Of a stretch of DNA of 64,000 nucleotides, positions 19,201 to 30,485 are shown piece by piece (the first letter of the stretch is position 1; every line of letters starts with the position of its first letter). The position numbers and the translations under genes are program-made. This DNA comes from Spirochaetia bacterium (lineage in GTDB: Bacteria; Spirochaetota; Spirochaetia; DSM-2461). Under the pieces are notes generated by a model. The model ran no database searches, was not told where the DNA came from, and saw only the letters and a program-made list of their open reading frames with translations. The DNA lies in NCBI GenBank assembly GCA_963666985.2, contig CAXXIA010000002.1, positions 3,008,001-3,072,000 on the forward strand, written 5' to 3'.

Positions 19201-21509
19201 GTACTCTCCAAGACTACACCGAGAGGAAAAAGAATGAAGTACTCCTTCGGGAAGCCAAGGAAGCCGCGGAAACCGCCGCCAGGACAAAAAGCGATTTTCT
19301 GGCCAATATGAGCCATGAGATAAGAACGCCGATGAACGCCGTTATCGGAATGAGCCATCTCGTTCTCAATACGAAGTTAACCCTCAAGCAGCGTGACTAC
19401 ATCAATAAAATCGACAGATCGGCCAAGTCCCTTCTCAATATCATTAACGACATCCTTGATTTCTCGAAGATTGAAGCCGGGAAGCTTGAAATCGAATCCG
19501 TTCCATTCCTGTTGGACGAAGTGCTCGAAAATCTTTTGGGTATGATTTCGGTCAAAAGTCAGGAGAAAGACTTGGAACTGGTATTCAACATCGCTTCGGA
19601 TTTTCCTCAGGGATTGATCGGTGATCCTTTACGCCTGGGGCAGATCCTACTCAATTTGTGCACCAACGCCATTAAATTTACCAAAGAGGGACAGATCGTC
19701 GTCTCCGCGGAAATCGAAAAACGGGAGAAAGAGGAAATAAAGGCCAGATTCAGCGTCCGGGATACGGGAATCGGGCTGAGTCCCGATCAGCAGGAGAAAT
19801 TGTTTCAATCGTTTACCCAGGGAGATACATCCACCACGAGAAAATTCGGAGGCACCGGACTGGGGCTCGCCATCTGCAGGAATTTGGCGGAACTCATGGG
19901 CGGAGAGATCGGCGTGGTCTCTTCTCCCGGAAAGGGAAGTACGTTTTGGTTTACGATTTGGTTGGAATTACATGAGAATAACGGAACTAAAGATCGCGAC
20001 TTTGCGGCGTTGGCGGCCGATCTTAAAGGTAAGCGAATCCTTATCGTGGACGACAATATTGATTCGCTGCAATCATTGAAAATAATGACTCATAGCTTCG
20101 GTTTTAATGTCGTGACGGCGAATTCGGCACCGGAGGCTTTGGATATTCTTGAAAACGCGGCTCAGCATAAACCGTTTTCTCTGGTCCTGATGGATCTGAA
20201 AATGCCCGGAATGGACGGAATCGAAGCCACACGGATTATCAAATCGAATCCGGTTCTCGCTCCCATCACCACCGTAATCATAGTTTCCGCCTACGGCCGG
20301 GAGGAATATATGCACCAGGCCGAGGAAGTGGGAATCGAGGCGTTCCTCATCAAACCGATCAGCCAGTCGGTTCTCTTCAATACGATCATGGATGCGTTCG
20401 GTTATGAAGTATCTCACAAGAGTCGAAAAAAGGTTAAAGATCGGAATCTTCCGGATATTTTGGATAAAGTCCGCGGAGCGCATATTCTTTTGGTTGAGGA
20501 TAATGCTCTGAATCAGCAGGTTTCCATCGAACTTTTAGAGAATGAAGGGTTTTTCGTCACGCTGGCCGAAGACGGGAAAATCGCCGCGGAAACCCTCAAG
20601 TCAACGGACGCGGATGCGTATGATCTTGTCCTTATGGACCTTCAGATGCCGGTTATGGACGGCATAACCGCAACAAAGGAAGTACGGGAGAATAGGCGGT
20701 TTAACGGTCTTCCCATTATCGCAATGACCGCGGATGCCATGTCCGGAGTCGCGGAAAAAGTGCTTGATGCCGGCATGAATGATATTGTGATCAAGCCGAT
20801 CGATCCCGCGGCTCTGTTTGCCGCTCTCGCCAAATGGATCAAGCCCGGGGAACGGAATCTGCCTGATGATTATCATAAAGAGACTCATAAAGCCGGAGAA
20901 AATAAAGAATTAATGCCGAATCTCGAAGGCTTTGATGTGAAAATGGGATTGGAACGGGTCGGAGGAAAGATTGAGAGATACCGGAGATTATTAGGCCAAT
21001 TCGACGCCGACCAAGGTGATGCCGGCATCCGTCTCGGAAAGGCTTTGGAAAGCGGCGATTCGGAAGAGGCCGTCAGAATCGCTCATACATTGAAGGGCGT
21101 ATCGGGAATGATCGGTGCGGACGAACTGTATGAACGAACGAGAGAACTGGAGCTGCTGATAAAAGAAGGCTCATTAGGGAAAATCGAGAGTGCCTTGGCG
21201 GCCGTGAGTGAAAGCCTGGGGCATGCTCTAAGGCAGATCGATCAAGTCCTGCTTGAGAAAGACGACTCCGGCGGATCCGGTGAAATTGATGAAGCCGAAC
21301 TTAAAAAGCTGTCCCAAAAGCTTGAGGAGCTTCTGCTTGAGGACGATTCGAGGGCGGACGATACGGTAACCGAAATCCTCCGAATTGTTAAAGGTACCTC
21401 TTATGAGGCGCAGTTTTCCTCCATAGCGGATAATATTGAGGAAATTGAATATAAAAAAGCTTTGAAAAAGCTTCGGCGGATCGTAATCGGAGTTGAAAAA
21501 GATGGCTAG
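16251..21509 (+). CDS. Hybrid sensor histidine kinase (PBP-type sensor, HAMP, 3 PAS, HisKA, HATPase, 2 REC, HPt)
   Basis: [32 protein letters not shown], two LMD..MP.MDG receivers, AHTLKG. Confidence 0.93.
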   Translation: MKKISLFLVNIILISILFSCNEMEEKQKNIITKQEQDFQISKKLTQEEKAWLRKHPDISIGIGESWAPFVYVKSDGSLEGYDVDLITRINELTGADIQLVAAQWKDIVEKAENREIDGLAESSVTPCRAENFLFSDPYNKVEYAAACLPAAKAVFNGPEDLAGMRIAHLKGNLWTEKILASIPDARGIEVESENGAFRLVVQEQADFALIPVHQLCSLREIYHEILSIAYIFSEKEFVLNTVYSIRKDWPELVGIINKALSSMPQTEKNELFNKWVPIGTGSGAGVPILSVQDQFDITQFLIISLGSVFLCTFLISFIFWFVKGRLRQLTIRETLIQIFSIFSLLIISAAVFVILLSGSQNKEIQATEKYIKSRNLAFELKQSSDDLTLFARTYAVTGNPIYEYYFQRIIAIRDGKEPHPKNFSRFFWYYVIANPLEFEQSGETYSIDERLNELGLTAEENRLLTEAKTNSDDLIHLEETAFNAVKGVFRDDEGLFTIKGVPDSALAISILYGDEYHQLKAKIMEPIDHFFSHVQQRIIYTEKQLQKRNAAIRLVIVLIVGLTFIYAIHAFFVFRRRLILPLSKLKKGAEAIKDGDFSHTIGFNRQDEIGALATAFNLMTISIEEKTSRIIATLESTTDGIIVSDLNRKVTTFNTRFLEIWGIDRSLAETGEEELLLNTCLSQMAEPEAFLDKVEYLYKNPEDMDFAAQALRDGRILECYSRPQRVGNQILGRVWSFRDITERKKYEDDLKENREHLQTIIDNLPSSVILKNREGRHLLVNKFFEDATGFAADQLLGRTDAEIFPPEIAETIMAKDKEVLENGVTSRVEWQLPPHPDGTPHTYLTTKVPLLNERREVSGLLALSTDITKRKLDLETIRRSEAQFRTIFERSPAGVIHFDSAGKVLRCNSEAAVILGGTMDELIGFDAVTRLANKDVADALLLAISGKTAEFEGEYLSVTGGIKAWLHITFNPLEPEYSPCEVICTLQDYTERKKNEVLLREAKEAAETAARTKSDFLANMSHEIRTPMNAVIGMSHLVLNTKLTLKQRDYINKIDRSAKSLLNIINDILDFSKIEAGKLEIESVPFLLDEVLENLLGMISVKSQEKDLELVFNIASDFPQGLIGDPLRLGQILLNLCTNAIKFTKEGQIVVSAEIEKREKEEIKARFSVRDTGIGLSPDQQEKLFQSFTQGDTSTTRKFGGTGLGLAICRNLAELMGGEIGVVSSPGKGSTFWFTIWLELHENNGTKDRDFAALAADLKGKRILIVDDNIDSLQSLKIMTHSFGFNVVTANSAPEALDILENAAQHKPFSLVLMDLKMPGMDGIEATRIIKSNPVLAPITTVIIVSAYGREEYMHQAEEVGIEAFLIKPISQSVLFNTIMDAFGYEVSHKSRKKVKDRNLPDILDKVRGAHILLVEDNALNQQVSIELLENEGFFVTLAEDGKIAAETLKSTDADAYDLVLMDLQMPVMDGITATKEVRENRRFNGLPIIAMTADAMSGVAEKVLDAGMNDIVIKPIDPAALFAALAKWIKPGERNLPDDYHKETHKAGENKELMPNLEGFDVKMGLERVGGKIERYRRLLGQFDADQGDAGIRLGKALESGDSEEAVRIAHTLKGVSGMIGADELYERTRELELLIKEGSLGKIESALAAVSESLGHALRQIDQVLLEKDDSGGSGEIDEAELKKLSQKLEELLLEDDSRADDTVTEILRIVKGTSYEAQFSSIADNIEEIEYKKALKKLRRIVIGVEKDG

Positions 21510-22584
21510 AATACTCGTTGTAGACGATGCCTCCGTAAACAGAGAAGTTCTAAAAAGTCTGCTCAACCCTCTTTATACCGTTTATCTGGCAAAAGACGGC
21601 GAGCAGGCTATTAAATTGGCCAGGAAACGTCAGCCGGACATCATCCTTCTTGATGTCGTGATGCCTGTTATGGATGGTTATGAAGCCTGCCGCGAACTGA
21701 AATCGGATGAAAGCACCCAAGATATACCGATTATCTTTCTTACCTCCATGGAAGATGAAGAAGATGAAGCCAAAGGCCTGGCCTTCGGTGCCGTGGATTA
21801 CATAATCAAGCCCGTCAGGCCGTCGATACTGAGAGAGCGGGTAAAAAATCATCTTGAACTGAAAAGCTCCCGGGATTTCTTGAAGAGGCAGAAGGAGGTT
21901 TTGGAAGAGAAGGTTTTGGAACGAACCCGTCAGATGGAAGAACTCCAAGATGTCGCCATGGTCGCCATGGGCGCCCTGGCCGAATCCCGGGATCCCGAGA
22001 CGGGGAATCATATCAGACGAACCCAGCACTATATCAAACTTCTTGCGCATCATTTGAAAGACCATGCCCGATTCAAAGATTTCCTTACCCCCGAGGTTAT
22101 CACCTCCATCTTCAAATCCGCGCCTCTGCACGATATCGGGAAAGTCGGCGTTCCGGATGTCATACTGCTCAAACCCGGGAAGCTGACCCATGATGAATTC
22201 GAAATCATGAAACTGCATACGGCTTACGGCCGCGATGCCATTGCCGCCGCGGAAGGCTCAATCAATTATGCCGAAGATTTTCTGTTTTTCGCAAAGGAGA
22301 TAGCCTATTACCATCATGAGAAATGGGACGGTTCCGGGTATCTGGAAGGATTGAAGGGAGATGAAATACCCCTATCGGCCCGATTGATGGCCGTTGCGGA
22401 TGTTTATGATGCACTTATCAGCCGGCGGGTGTACAAGTCTCCTTTTTCTCATGAGAAAGCCGTTTCCTTAATCAAAGAAGGAAGGGGACATCACTTCGAT
22501 CCGGATATTATTGATGTGTTTCTTGAAATAACGGATCAGTTTTATACTATTTCACAAAGTTTTATGGATGATGTTGAGCGCTAA
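21502..22584 (+). CDS. REC + HD-GYP response regulator (RpfG-like c-di-GMP phosphodiesterase)
   Basis: [36 protein letters not shown]; start overlaps the kinase stop. Confidence 0.92.
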   Translation: MARILVVDDASVNREVLKSLLNPLYTVYLAKDGEQAIKLARKRQPDIILLDVVMPVMDGYEACRELKSDESTQDIPIIFLTSMEDEEDEAKGLAFGAVDYIIKPVRPSILRERVKNHLELKSSRDFLKRQKEVLEEKVLERTRQMEELQDVAMVAMGALAESRDPETGNHIRRTQHYIKLLAHHLKDHARFKDFLTPEVITSIFKSAPLHDIGKVGVPDVILLKPGKLTHDEFEIMKLHTAYGRDAIAAAEGSINYAEDFLFFAKEIAYYHHEKWDGSGYLEGLKGDEIPLSARLMAVADVYDALISRRVYKSPFSHEKAVSLIKEGRGHHFDPDIIDVFLEITDQFYTISQSFMDDVER

Positions 22585-22635
22585 GGATTCGTCTTGATGA
22601 TTGAATTCGGCCCATCAGCGGGTGCACTATAAATT

Positions 22636-23652
22636 ATGATGCAATATAACGACGAATCCCGAATGGCGGCCGATGGGAATAACCGAGTTCCTTTATGTTC
22701 CAAAGTCCTTATCGTCGGTGCCGGTTCCATCGGCCGAAGGCATGCCCGGGTTCTGACGAAATTGGGGATGGAACGGATAGCGGTGTGCGATTCATCGGCG
22801 GTGGCCGTTTCCCATTTTTCCGAAGATGTCCGGCCTTCGGAGATTTACGGAGATTTTTCCGAAGCCTTAAGGAGTGATGCCGAGGCTGTTTTCATCTGCA
22901 CCCCGCCGTCTTTGCATATCGGGCAGTCCATTCGGGCGCTGAATGCGGGCAAACATGTGTTCTGTGAAAAACCGCTTTCGGATTCCATGGAAGGAACGGA
23001 AGAGTTACAAAAAGCCATAGCTGAAAGCCGGAAGAAATTCACCGTAGGGTATTGTTTCCGATTCCATGACGGCCTGATTCAGGCGAAGTCGTATATCGAA
23101 AGCGGCAAAATCGGCCGTTTAATCAGCACGCGCCACCGCATGGGGGAAAATCTCGCGGAAGTCCGTCCCGATTACCGCGGATTATTTACGTTAAAAGAAA
23201 ACGGTGTTTACGATCTTTCTCATGAAATCGATTTGGCCTGCTGGTTTTTCGGAGGCGAAATCCGTGATGTTAAACGGATGGAGGGAGCTTACGGAGACTT
23301 GGGATTTACGGCCCCCGATTTGGCCGAGGTTCTCATTCGGTTTGATGAAGGGCTCGCGTCGGTTCATCTCGATTATTTTTCCAAGCCCCGTTCGAGAGTA
23401 ACCGAACTCATCGGGACCGAAGGAACCGTTCTTGTCGAGTTTCCCACGTGGGATTCCTGTACCCTTTCCGTTTTCGATTCGCAAGGGAACATGTGGAATC
23501 GGGAGATTCTGGAAACCGAACGGGACGATATGTTCGAGCGGGAAATCATAAGCTTCTTTAATGCGATTGATGCCGACACATCCGTGGATGTGGATCTGAA
23601 CGAAGCACGAAAAAGCCAGAGAATCATGTACGGAAAGTGGGGATCGGAATAG
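22636..23652 (+). CDS. Gfo/Idh/MocA family oxidoreductase
   Basis: GAGSIG, HVFCEKP, DLSHEID; start codon uncertain. Confidence 0.88.
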   Translation: MMQYNDESRMAADGNNRVPLCSKVLIVGAGSIGRRHARVLTKLGMERIAVCDSSAVAVSHFSEDVRPSEIYGDFSEALRSDAEAVFICTPPSLHIGQSIRALNAGKHVFCEKPLSDSMEGTEELQKAIAESRKKFTVGYCFRFHDGLIQAKSYIESGKIGRLISTRHRMGENLAEVRPDYRGLFTLKENGVYDLSHEIDLACWFFGGEIRDVKRMEGAYGDLGFTAPDLAEVLIRFDEGLASVHLDYFSKPRSRVTELIGTEGTVLVEFPTWDSCTLSVFDSQGNMWNREILETERDDMFEREIISFFNAIDADTSVDVDLNEARKSQRIMYGKWGSE

Positions 23653-23763
23653 ATTTCCCGCGGCATGCCGATGTTTTTCGCCGCGTTCGGGCCGAATCCG
23701 AATGGGCGGTGCTCAAGGATTGACGATTCTCCCGATGTGATGCCCGCCGTCGGAATTCAGGCT

Positions 23764-24864
23764 TCAGGTTCGAAAGATTTCTTCCAGCGATTCCCACAGC
23801 GCCTTGCCGTTCTCCGGCGAATCGGCGGTCTCCGACGGGGGCCGTTTTCGCATCAGAAACTGATAGAGTGCGGTTTCTCCTTCGATTCGTTCGGACGCGG
23901 CCAGGTAGAGAATCGGCAGCGCCGCCTTCTGGGGCGGCTGGAAGAAAAGCCGGAAGAAGAGATTTGAAAAGGGCCGGACGATGGCCGGGACTTCCCGGGC
24001 GATGTTCGAGGCAATGGGTCCCGGACAGAGGGCATGGACGCTCGCGTCCGGGCCGCCATCCGGTTCCGCGCCGGAGAGGCGGCGCGCCAGTTCCCGGGCG
24101 AATGTGAGCAGAAGCAGCTTGGTCCATCCGTAGCGGGGCGTACTTTCGGCCATGCCGTAGGGTTCCACCGTCTTTAGTTCATCAAGCCGGAGCTCCGGCA
24201 CCGAACGATGGGCTTCCGAGGCGACGATGATGATGCGCGGGATCGGGCGGTCCGCGGAATCGCCGCTGAAGGCGGAAACCGGCGCGCACCGATGTAATCC
24301 GGCGGTATCGCCTGATTGACGTCTGCTCAAAGCTCCCCGGCCGTTCTCGGCGAACGTGTCGTTCGGGATAATGCCTCTTTCCAGCAGGCCTTTAAGCAGG
24401 AGCGCCGGTGCCAGGGAATTCACCTGGAGCATTTCTTCGAAGCCGTCCACGGTTTTCCGGGCACCGCTCGGCACCACCGCGGCATTGGAGACGGCCACGT
24501 TGATTCGTTCACCCCGGGCGGAAAGATTGTCCAACAGCGCGCGGATGGATGAAAAATCGGCCATGTCCGCCCGGAGCACCTCGGCGCCTCCTCCGTTTCC
24601 CTCTCCGGCTTTTCGGACCGAGAGACGTTCTTCTTCGGCATCGCGGCGGCAGACCATCAGAACGCGGGCGCCTCGTGAGGCCATGCCTTTCGCGGCCGCC
24701 AGACCGAGTCCGGAGGAGGCGCCGGTGATGAGAACCGTGCGGCCGTCCAGCCGATCGGAATCTTTCAGTTCGTCATAGGGCGGATCAGTTTTATCGTTTA
24801 AATCTCGGATGCCGGCCCAAACGGCTCCGCTGTTGGACGTGTAGGTTTTCCGCGTTTTCGTCAT
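23764..24864 (-). CDS. Short-chain dehydrogenase/reductase (retinol DH/WWOX-like)
   Basis: TGASSGLG, NAA, YGWTK, LCPG. Confidence 0.85.
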   Translation of the reverse strand: MTKTRKTYTSNSGAVWAGIRDLNDKTDPPYDELKDSDRLDGRTVLITGASSGLGLAAAKGMASRGARVLMVCRRDAEEERLSVRKAGEGNGGGAEVLRADMADFSSIRALLDNLSARGERINVAVSNAAVVPSGARKTVDGFEEMLQVNSLAPALLLKGLLERGIIPNDTFAENGRGALSRRQSGDTAGLHRCAPVSAFSGDSADRPIPRIIIVASEAHRSVPELRLDELKTVEPYGMAESTPRYGWTKLLLLTFARELARRLSGAEPDGGPDASVHALCPGPIASNIAREVPAIVRPFSNLFFRLFFQPPQKAALPILYLAASERIEGETALYQFLMRKRPPSETADSPENGKALWESLEEIFRT

Positions 24865-24878
24865 AGTTTTTGTTTTCC

Positions 24879-26342
24879 TTAGTGTTCGTCCGGTACGTTG
24901 TAGCGGTTCCGGTATTCGCTGAAGAGCGATCGAATGGTTTCTTTCTCGTATCCGAAGTCGGTTGGATCGTAGGCGTGTTTGCCGAATCGGTGACGGCCAT
25001 GTCCGAGAAGGAATGCTTCCGCCGCCGCTTCCTGGTCCTCACCGAAGGCGATTCCGGCGAAGTCTAAGATGCCGGAAAGGGTGCCGATGGGATTGCCCAT
25101 CAGATCGATATATTGGACGTCCAGAAACGTTTCTTGTTCTTCGGAATGCGGCAGGGAGTCACGATAATTCATGCCGTTCTCCACCATCCGAAGGCATTTG
25201 CGCATCCAGTGGCGTCCTATGGATTTCGGATTCGGGGCGTCGGTGAACATACCGTAGCCGTGGGCCACCATGCTGAGGAAACTGCCGACGGCCGTGACCG
25301 GATCGCGGTGGGTTTGGACGATTTTGGCCTCGGGGAAAACCGCGCGCAGCGTGTCCAGGAATTCCAGGTGATGGGGTGTTTTCAAGATCCAATATGGGCG
25401 AGGATTCTCTGCCTGCAGTAAAAGCATGATTTTCCGCATAAAGAGGTAGGCGGGCGTGGAATCCGCCGATTCAACCCACGCCGCGTATGTCGGAACATTG
25501 AGGATGGCTTCGGCGACGGTGCTGCGGAAGGTGTTGTCCAGAAGAAGAACGTCTTCTTCCGGAGCCCGGTAGTCGATGGGATGGACGGCGAAGAAATCCG
25601 GCGCAATCCAGGCCGCTCCCTTCTCGGCCCGGAGCGCGGCCTTGAGCCGGGGATCTTTCCCGCGGCAGCCGGGCGGGGGAGGCACGGGATCGAGAACTTC
25701 CCAGGAGGCGAAGGAACGGAAGCGATCATCATCGGCGATAAGCCGGTGAAGCAAGGTTGTGCCGGTTCGCTGAAGCCCCGTGATGACAAGCGGCGGAGAG
25801 AGCGGTGCGTCGAGGGCTCCGGGATTTTTTTCCATCAGTTCTTCGGCACGGAAGCGCGCTTTGAGGGCGGTGACGAGCCGTCCCCGGGTAATCATTCGGC
25901 CCAGGGGATTCAGATCCGCTTCGGTTTCAATGGAATCAATGAGGATTTCAAGTCCTTCCCGGTAATCATCATCCAGGCCTGTGTAGCCTTTGGGCCGGCC
26001 CGCCGCTCGGGCGGCCGCCTTGATAATCGCGTCGGTATTGAGGGGCCGCCTGATGCCGATGGTTCCTAAGGCTCGGCCGGCCGCATTAACCGCTCCCAGC
26101 GGGAAGGGCCGGTAAGGGTGGGCGTAGTCGCGGGAGGTAACGCGGGGTGAGGGCCTGGGTGCTTCAACCGGATGACCGGGGGAGAGTGGACTGTTTTTGA
26201 CGGCCGATTCGCCGACTTTGAGGATGGGGGCGTCTTGCTGTTCGGCACGTTTATCGGCCGGGGGTGCGGCAGGGCGGTTTTCGGGTTTCGCTGCGGCGGC
26301 ATGCGGGCAAGATTCCGCCCGGCCTTCATCACGGGTGCTCAT
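24879..26342 (-). CDS. PAPS-dependent sulfotransferase family protein
   Basis: GLQRTGTT (5'-PSB), WILKTPHH, THRDP..AVGS (3'-PB); Pro/Ala-rich N-terminal extension. Confidence 0.87.
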   Translation of the reverse strand: MSTRDEGRAESCPHAAAAKPENRPAAPPADKRAEQQDAPILKVGESAVKNSPLSPGHPVEAPRPSPRVTSRDYAHPYRPFPLGAVNAAGRALGTIGIRRPLNTDAIIKAAARAAGRPKGYTGLDDDYREGLEILIDSIETEADLNPLGRMITRGRLVTALKARFRAEELMEKNPGALDAPLSPPLVITGLQRTGTTLLHRLIADDDRFRSFASWEVLDPVPPPPGCRGKDPRLKAALRAEKGAAWIAPDFFAVHPIDYRAPEEDVLLLDNTFRSTVAEAILNVPTYAAWVESADSTPAYLFMRKIMLLLQAENPRPYWILKTPHHLEFLDTLRAVFPEAKIVQTHRDPVTAVGSFLSMVAHGYGMFTDAPNPKSIGRHWMRKCLRMVENGMNYRDSLPHSEEQETFLDVQYIDLMGNPIGTLSGILDFAGIAFGEDQEAAAEAFLLGHGRHRFGKHAYDPTDFGYEKETIRSLFSEYRNRYNVPDEH

Positions 26343-27592
26343 GCGCGGCCCTTCGGCCCGGCCGGTGTGTAGTCCATCCGCCTGGACGGTGCGGCGGATT
26401 CCTCGCTCCGATAGGCTTGGAGATCATCCAAATCAACTTCAAAAATCCTCGGTTGAGGATGGGAGTCCGCGCGGTTCCAGCGGAAGCACATGGACCCGAA
26501 GGCGTGCCCTAAAGGGTTGAGCCAGTTGGGAAGAGAGGGATCTTCGGAGGCGATGATGATGCGGACAGAGCCGTTCGGACGGTAGAAGGCGGTGTGCTTG
26601 TTCACGTGAATTTGTGCGTAGCGGTAGTCGAGGCTTTCGAGCCAATGATTGGAAAGAACGAAGTTCCAGGTGACGCATTCGGGCGGTTCGGCTTCGACGA
26701 CGAGGGCTTTGCCGGGGGAGAGGTGCCAATAGCTGTGGTAATAGGCCATCAGGGGATCGCCTCCGGCGGCATCGGATTTGGCCTGGTCGAAGCGGGGGAG
26801 CCGATTGGTGGTTTTTGAGAAATCGCGGCTCCATTTGGCGAACATCAGCGAGGCTCCGGCCACGAGCTGTCCGGCCTTTTGCAGACCGTTTTCCAATTGC
26901 GCGGCGCTTATCGGAGTTGGGCGGGCCGCGCCGTCCAAGGGTTCCAGGCGGAGGTTGGAGGGAACTTCGCGTGAGCGGTCGCCGAAGAGTTCGCGGACCA
27001 TCACCATTTTCGTTTCGGGCGTGGTTCGCAGCCAGTTCTCTCCTTCTTGTTCGTTGGAGAGGATGATTTCCACTTCGCCGTTGGGGCCGATGATCATTTC
27101 TTCGGTGGTGAGCTGTCCGGCCAGGGGCATGGAGGCGCCGCCGGATTCGGCATAGTCGCCGTCCTGGGTGGAAAAAATGATATAGGGCGTGGTTCCCAGA
27201 GTGCCGATGAGCCGATATTTCTTTCGGCCGTCGATAACGGCGTTGCGGTAGTAGAAGTCGGGGTTGTCGTTTCCCAATTTCACCGTTTCGTGAGCCAGGC
27301 GGCGGAGAACGGGGGCTTCGGGATCTCCCCCTTCGATGAAATTCTCCAGTCCCGCACGAACCAGCCGCGAGAGATAGCGGAAGCCTTCGGCGCGGGTGAA
27401 GGGGTCGTCCGGGGAATCGAAGCCGAGGATGGAGCCTCCGGCATCTTTAAGGGTGTCGCAGAATTCTTCCCAGACGCGGCCTGTTACAACGGCTTCGGCG
27501 GCTTCTTGTTCGGGTGTGAGGCCTTTTCGCTTCAGAGTCCGCAACGCTCTTTTCTTTTGTACCGAGAGGATGAAGGCAAGCAATTTTTTCAT
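26339..27592 (-). CDS. DUF1214-like protein
   Basis: RAEGFRYLSRL, DNPD..Y, W.ESLDY, NWL...GH..G...RW; start probably ATG 27592. Confidence 0.75.
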   Translation of the reverse strand: MKKLLAFILSVQKKRALRTLKRKGLTPEQEAAEAVVTGRVWEEFCDTLKDAGGSILGFDSPDDPFTRAEGFRYLSRLVRAGLENFIEGGDPEAPVLRRLAHETVKLGNDNPDFYYRNAVIDGRKKYRLIGTLGTTPYIIFSTQDGDYAESGGASMPLAGQLTTEEMIIGPNGEVEIILSNEQEGENWLRTTPETKMVMVRELFGDRSREVPSNLRLEPLDGAARPTPISAAQLENGLQKAGQLVAGASLMFAKWSRDFSKTTNRLPRFDQAKSDAAGGDPLMAYYHSYWHLSPGKALVVEAEPPECVTWNFVLSNHWLESLDYRYAQIHVNKHTAFYRPNGSVRIIIASEDPSLPNWLNPLGHAFGSMCFRWNRADSHPQPRIFEVDLDDLQAYRSEESAAPSRRMDYTPAGPKGRA

Positions 27593-27855
27593 AGGCGGGG
27601 CTCCTATGCCGTTCCGGCTGAGGCTATGCAGGCCGTCGCCGAGCAATATGTTCAAGAGCTTTTACGGCATTTTCTTTGGCGCGGAGCCGCCTTTCCGAAT
27701 GGACGGCGACCGTACGGCAGCGCTTATGTGGATATCCTAAAATGCCGCGGGGTTTCGGACAAGACCGCGGGCGGTTTCATAAGCGGAACAAAAAGTCTCC
27801 GGCCGTTTCCGGGGCCTCGCCCCCCGAAGCTTCTTAAGGCTATGATGGGACCGCG

Positions 27856-28701
27856 ATGATTAAAACGAACTACCACACGCACAACGAATTCTGCGACGGT
27901 AAAGGGACCGTCGAGGAGTATATCGCCGCCGCCGTTGAAAAAGGATTCGCGGCTTTGGGCTTTTCCTCGCATGCTCCCCTTCCTGTGAAAAACGAGTGGA
28001 CCCTTAAAGATGAGAATCTTCCGAAATATCTGGCGGAAGTGGAAAGGCAGAAAGAAAAGTGGAAGAATCGTCTCCAGGTGTACAAGGGACTGGAGATCGA
28101 CTATATCCCCGGTTCCTCGGCGCCGGGGGATGCCGAATGGGATGAGCTGAAGCTGGATTACCGGATCGGGTCGGTCCATACCACAGTCGGTTTGGATTTG
28201 AATCCCGAATTCCATTGCGTGGACGGACCGACGGAAGGTCTTAACAGGCTTTTGGAAGAAATTCATGAAGGATCGTTCAATAATCTCTGTGAAGCCTATT
28301 TCACCCGGATCGCGGAACTCGTGAGAATGGGAGGATTTCAGATTCTCGGTCATTTCGATTTGGTGAAAAAACATAACCGGGACGGCGCATACTTTTCGGA
28401 AGCCTCTCCCTGGTACCACCGACAGGTGAAAACAACCTTGGATGTTCTTGCCGGGAGCGGCATTATCATGGAAGTGAATTCCGGAGCCATCTCCCGGGGC
28501 TATCTTGATGAGGTATATCCTTCGGATTGGATTCTTTCCGAGGCTTTGGAACGGAATATTCCCGTAATGATCAACGCCGACGCGCATCGCCCCGAGGACA
28601 TCGACTGCAATTTCGAAGAGTCCCGCGTCCTTTTGCGGGAGACCGGCTATCGGGAAGTCTGGGCGCTGCTGGACGGAGACTGGACGGCGGTTCCCCTTTA
28701 G
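27856..28701 (+). CDS. Histidinol-phosphatase, PHP (HisJ/HisK) family
   Basis: NYHTH..CDG, SSHAP, GSVH, GHFDLVKK, EVNS, DAH. Confidence 0.87.
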   Translation: MIKTNYHTHNEFCDGKGTVEEYIAAAVEKGFAALGFSSHAPLPVKNEWTLKDENLPKYLAEVERQKEKWKNRLQVYKGLEIDYIPGSSAPGDAEWDELKLDYRIGSVHTTVGLDLNPEFHCVDGPTEGLNRLLEEIHEGSFNNLCEAYFTRIAELVRMGGFQILGHFDLVKKHNRDGAYFSEASPWYHRQVKTTLDVLAGSGIIMEVNSGAISRGYLDEVYPSDWILSEALERNIPVMINADAHRPEDIDCNFEESRVLLRETGYREVWALLDGDWTAVPL

Positions 28702-28888
28702 TTATTTGCCGATTCCCGCCGCCTCCCGAGTTTTATCACGTAGCGGAGATGGAAACGGCCGGGACTGCGGTTCGAGTTCCGTTCGCCGGTAAAGGCAAAT
28801 GGAATTCCGGTGTTTTTTCGATAAATATGGGATAATTCATTTCCAACGCATTAAAATGAACTGTAATAAATAAACCTCGGAGGTTTTC

Positions 28889-29287
28889 ATGGCATCGAAG
28901 AAACTCAATATCATCGGTATCCTTATTATTTTGGTCGGCGCTTTTATGCTTCTTGACGGTATTGCCGCACTGTCGCACAACACTCAAGGGTTGGGCGGAT
29001 TTTCGCATAATGTCAGCCGCGCTTTCGGCGGATCCGGCAATGCGGTTGCCATTATTTTTGCCGTTATTGAGCTGGTCGCGGGCGCTTTATTGATTTTAAG
29101 CCGGTTCACGTCCATCGGAGCGCTTGATTCGATCTTAAGAATCGGTGTTTTTATTTTCTGGATTGTCTTCATGGTTCTGTCTTTGGTTCTGGGAGGCAAC
29201 ATTAAAGCCATCGATACTCTCGGATGGTGGGTTTCCCTCGTGAATCAGCTGATTATTCTTACTATTCTCTGGATGATCAAAGAATAG
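28889..29287 (+). CDS. Small membrane protein, about 4 TM
   Basis: GGAGG SD; hydrophobic segments; followed by a terminator. Confidence 0.8.
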   Translation: MASKKLNIIGILIILVGAFMLLDGIAALSHNTQGLGGFSHNVSRAFGGSGNAVAIIFAVIELVAGALLILSRFTSIGALDSILRIGVFIFWIVFMVLSLVLGGNIKAIDTLGWWVSLVNQLIILTILWMIKE

Positions 29288-29318
29288 TCTTAAAAAGGAA
29301 CTCTCCGGCTTTTTATAG

Positions 29319-29352
29319 GCGCATCGGGTGTTTTTCCGGTGCGCTTTTTTTT
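29319..29352 (+). terminator. Intrinsic terminator
   Basis: GCGCATCGG-loop-CCGGTGCGC followed by 8 T. Confidence 0.8.
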
Positions 29353-29459
29353 CAGCGGACGTTTACAGCTGTGAATTCAGTCCGTCCGGACTTTTCTCGG
29401 GCCGTTTCGTGGGGCATGATAATCGGAGTGAATGCCGCCCCGAATGGAGATTTTTCTCA

Positions 29460-30122
29460 ATGACTCTCAATATTATCAGAACTCGTGAACCTGTTCCCTA
29501 CCGTGAGGCTTATCGGAGGCAGAAAGAATTGCATGCTCGAAGAGTTGCCGGAGACATTCCCGATACGCTTTGGCTTCTGGAACATCCGCCTGTCATCACG
29601 ACAGGACTTCGAAAGGATCAGGAGAACAATATCCTGATAAATCCGTCCGCCGTCGGGGCCGAGCTGGTGGAGACCGAACGCGGAGGCGAGGTTACTTATC
29701 ACGGTCCCGGACAATTGGTGGGTTACTTATTTATCGGGATGGAAAATCATGGCTATCGTGTGAAGAGGTTCGTTGAGCGCCTGGAAGATGCCTTTATCCA
29801 GTACTTGGCCGATGAGCACGGTATTGAAGCCGGGCACGATTCGGAGCACACCGGCGTTTGGGTGGGAATGAACAAAATCACCGCCATCGGAATTGCTCTC
29901 AGAGAGCGGGTAACCTTCCACGGATTCGCGTTTAATGTGAATACCGATCTTTCGCATTTTAATTGGATCATTCCCTGCGGCATTGCCGAGGCCGGCAGGG
30001 GAGTTACCTCATTGGAAAAACTTCTCGGGGAAAAGGCGGATTTTGATGCCGTAGCCCGGAGTGTGGCGGAGACGGTCCGGGAGGCTTTGGGTTACGATGA
30101 AGGACATTGTTCTGTCGAATAA
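29460..30122 (+). CDS. lipB: Lipoyl(octanoyl) transferase
   Basis: LEHPPVIT, RGGEVTYHGPGQLV, KITAIG, HGFAFN, IIPCG. Confidence 0.93.
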   Translation: MTLNIIRTREPVPYREAYRRQKELHARRVAGDIPDTLWLLEHPPVITTGLRKDQENNILINPSAVGAELVETERGGEVTYHGPGQLVGYLFIGMENHGYRVKRFVERLEDAFIQYLADEHGIEAGHDSEHTGVWVGMNKITAIGIALRERVTFHGFAFNVNTDLSHFNWIIPCGIAEAGRGVTSLEKLLGEKADFDAVARSVAETVREALGYDEGHCSVE

Positions 30123-30152
30123 ACTTCGCTGTAATGAACGCTGATTCTTCGA

Positions 30153-30485
30153 TCAGTTGTTAACCCATTCCATGATCCGCATGAAATCGATCTTCTGAGC
30201 TTTTTTTGTTTCTTCAATGAACACTTTGGAAGCATCCAGAGGATTCAGAGACTCGGGAAACGAAACGGACAATGAGACAATTGCGGGTTCCGTTTCGATA
30301 TTGATAATCATGTGCTTGGGAATCTTATGGAGATTTTCTTCACAGGAAGCTTGGAGCTTTTCTTCGGCATGATGAATGGAATAGGCCGCGATGCATTTAA
30401 CGTACTGCTCTTTTCCCAGCCATTCGATTTCATTGTTATTGGTTTCGATTGTCAGCTCAATAGCCGTTGAATTGTCGTTTTTCAT
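30153..30485 (-). CDS. Hypothetical protein
   Basis: 110 aa ORF with GGAGGT SD. Confidence 0.6.
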   Translation of the reverse strand: MKNDNSTAIELTIETNNNEIEWLGKEQYVKCIAAYSIHHAEEKLQASCEENLHKIPKHMIINIETEPAIVSLSVSFPESLNPLDASKVFIEETKKAQKIDFMRIMEWVNN

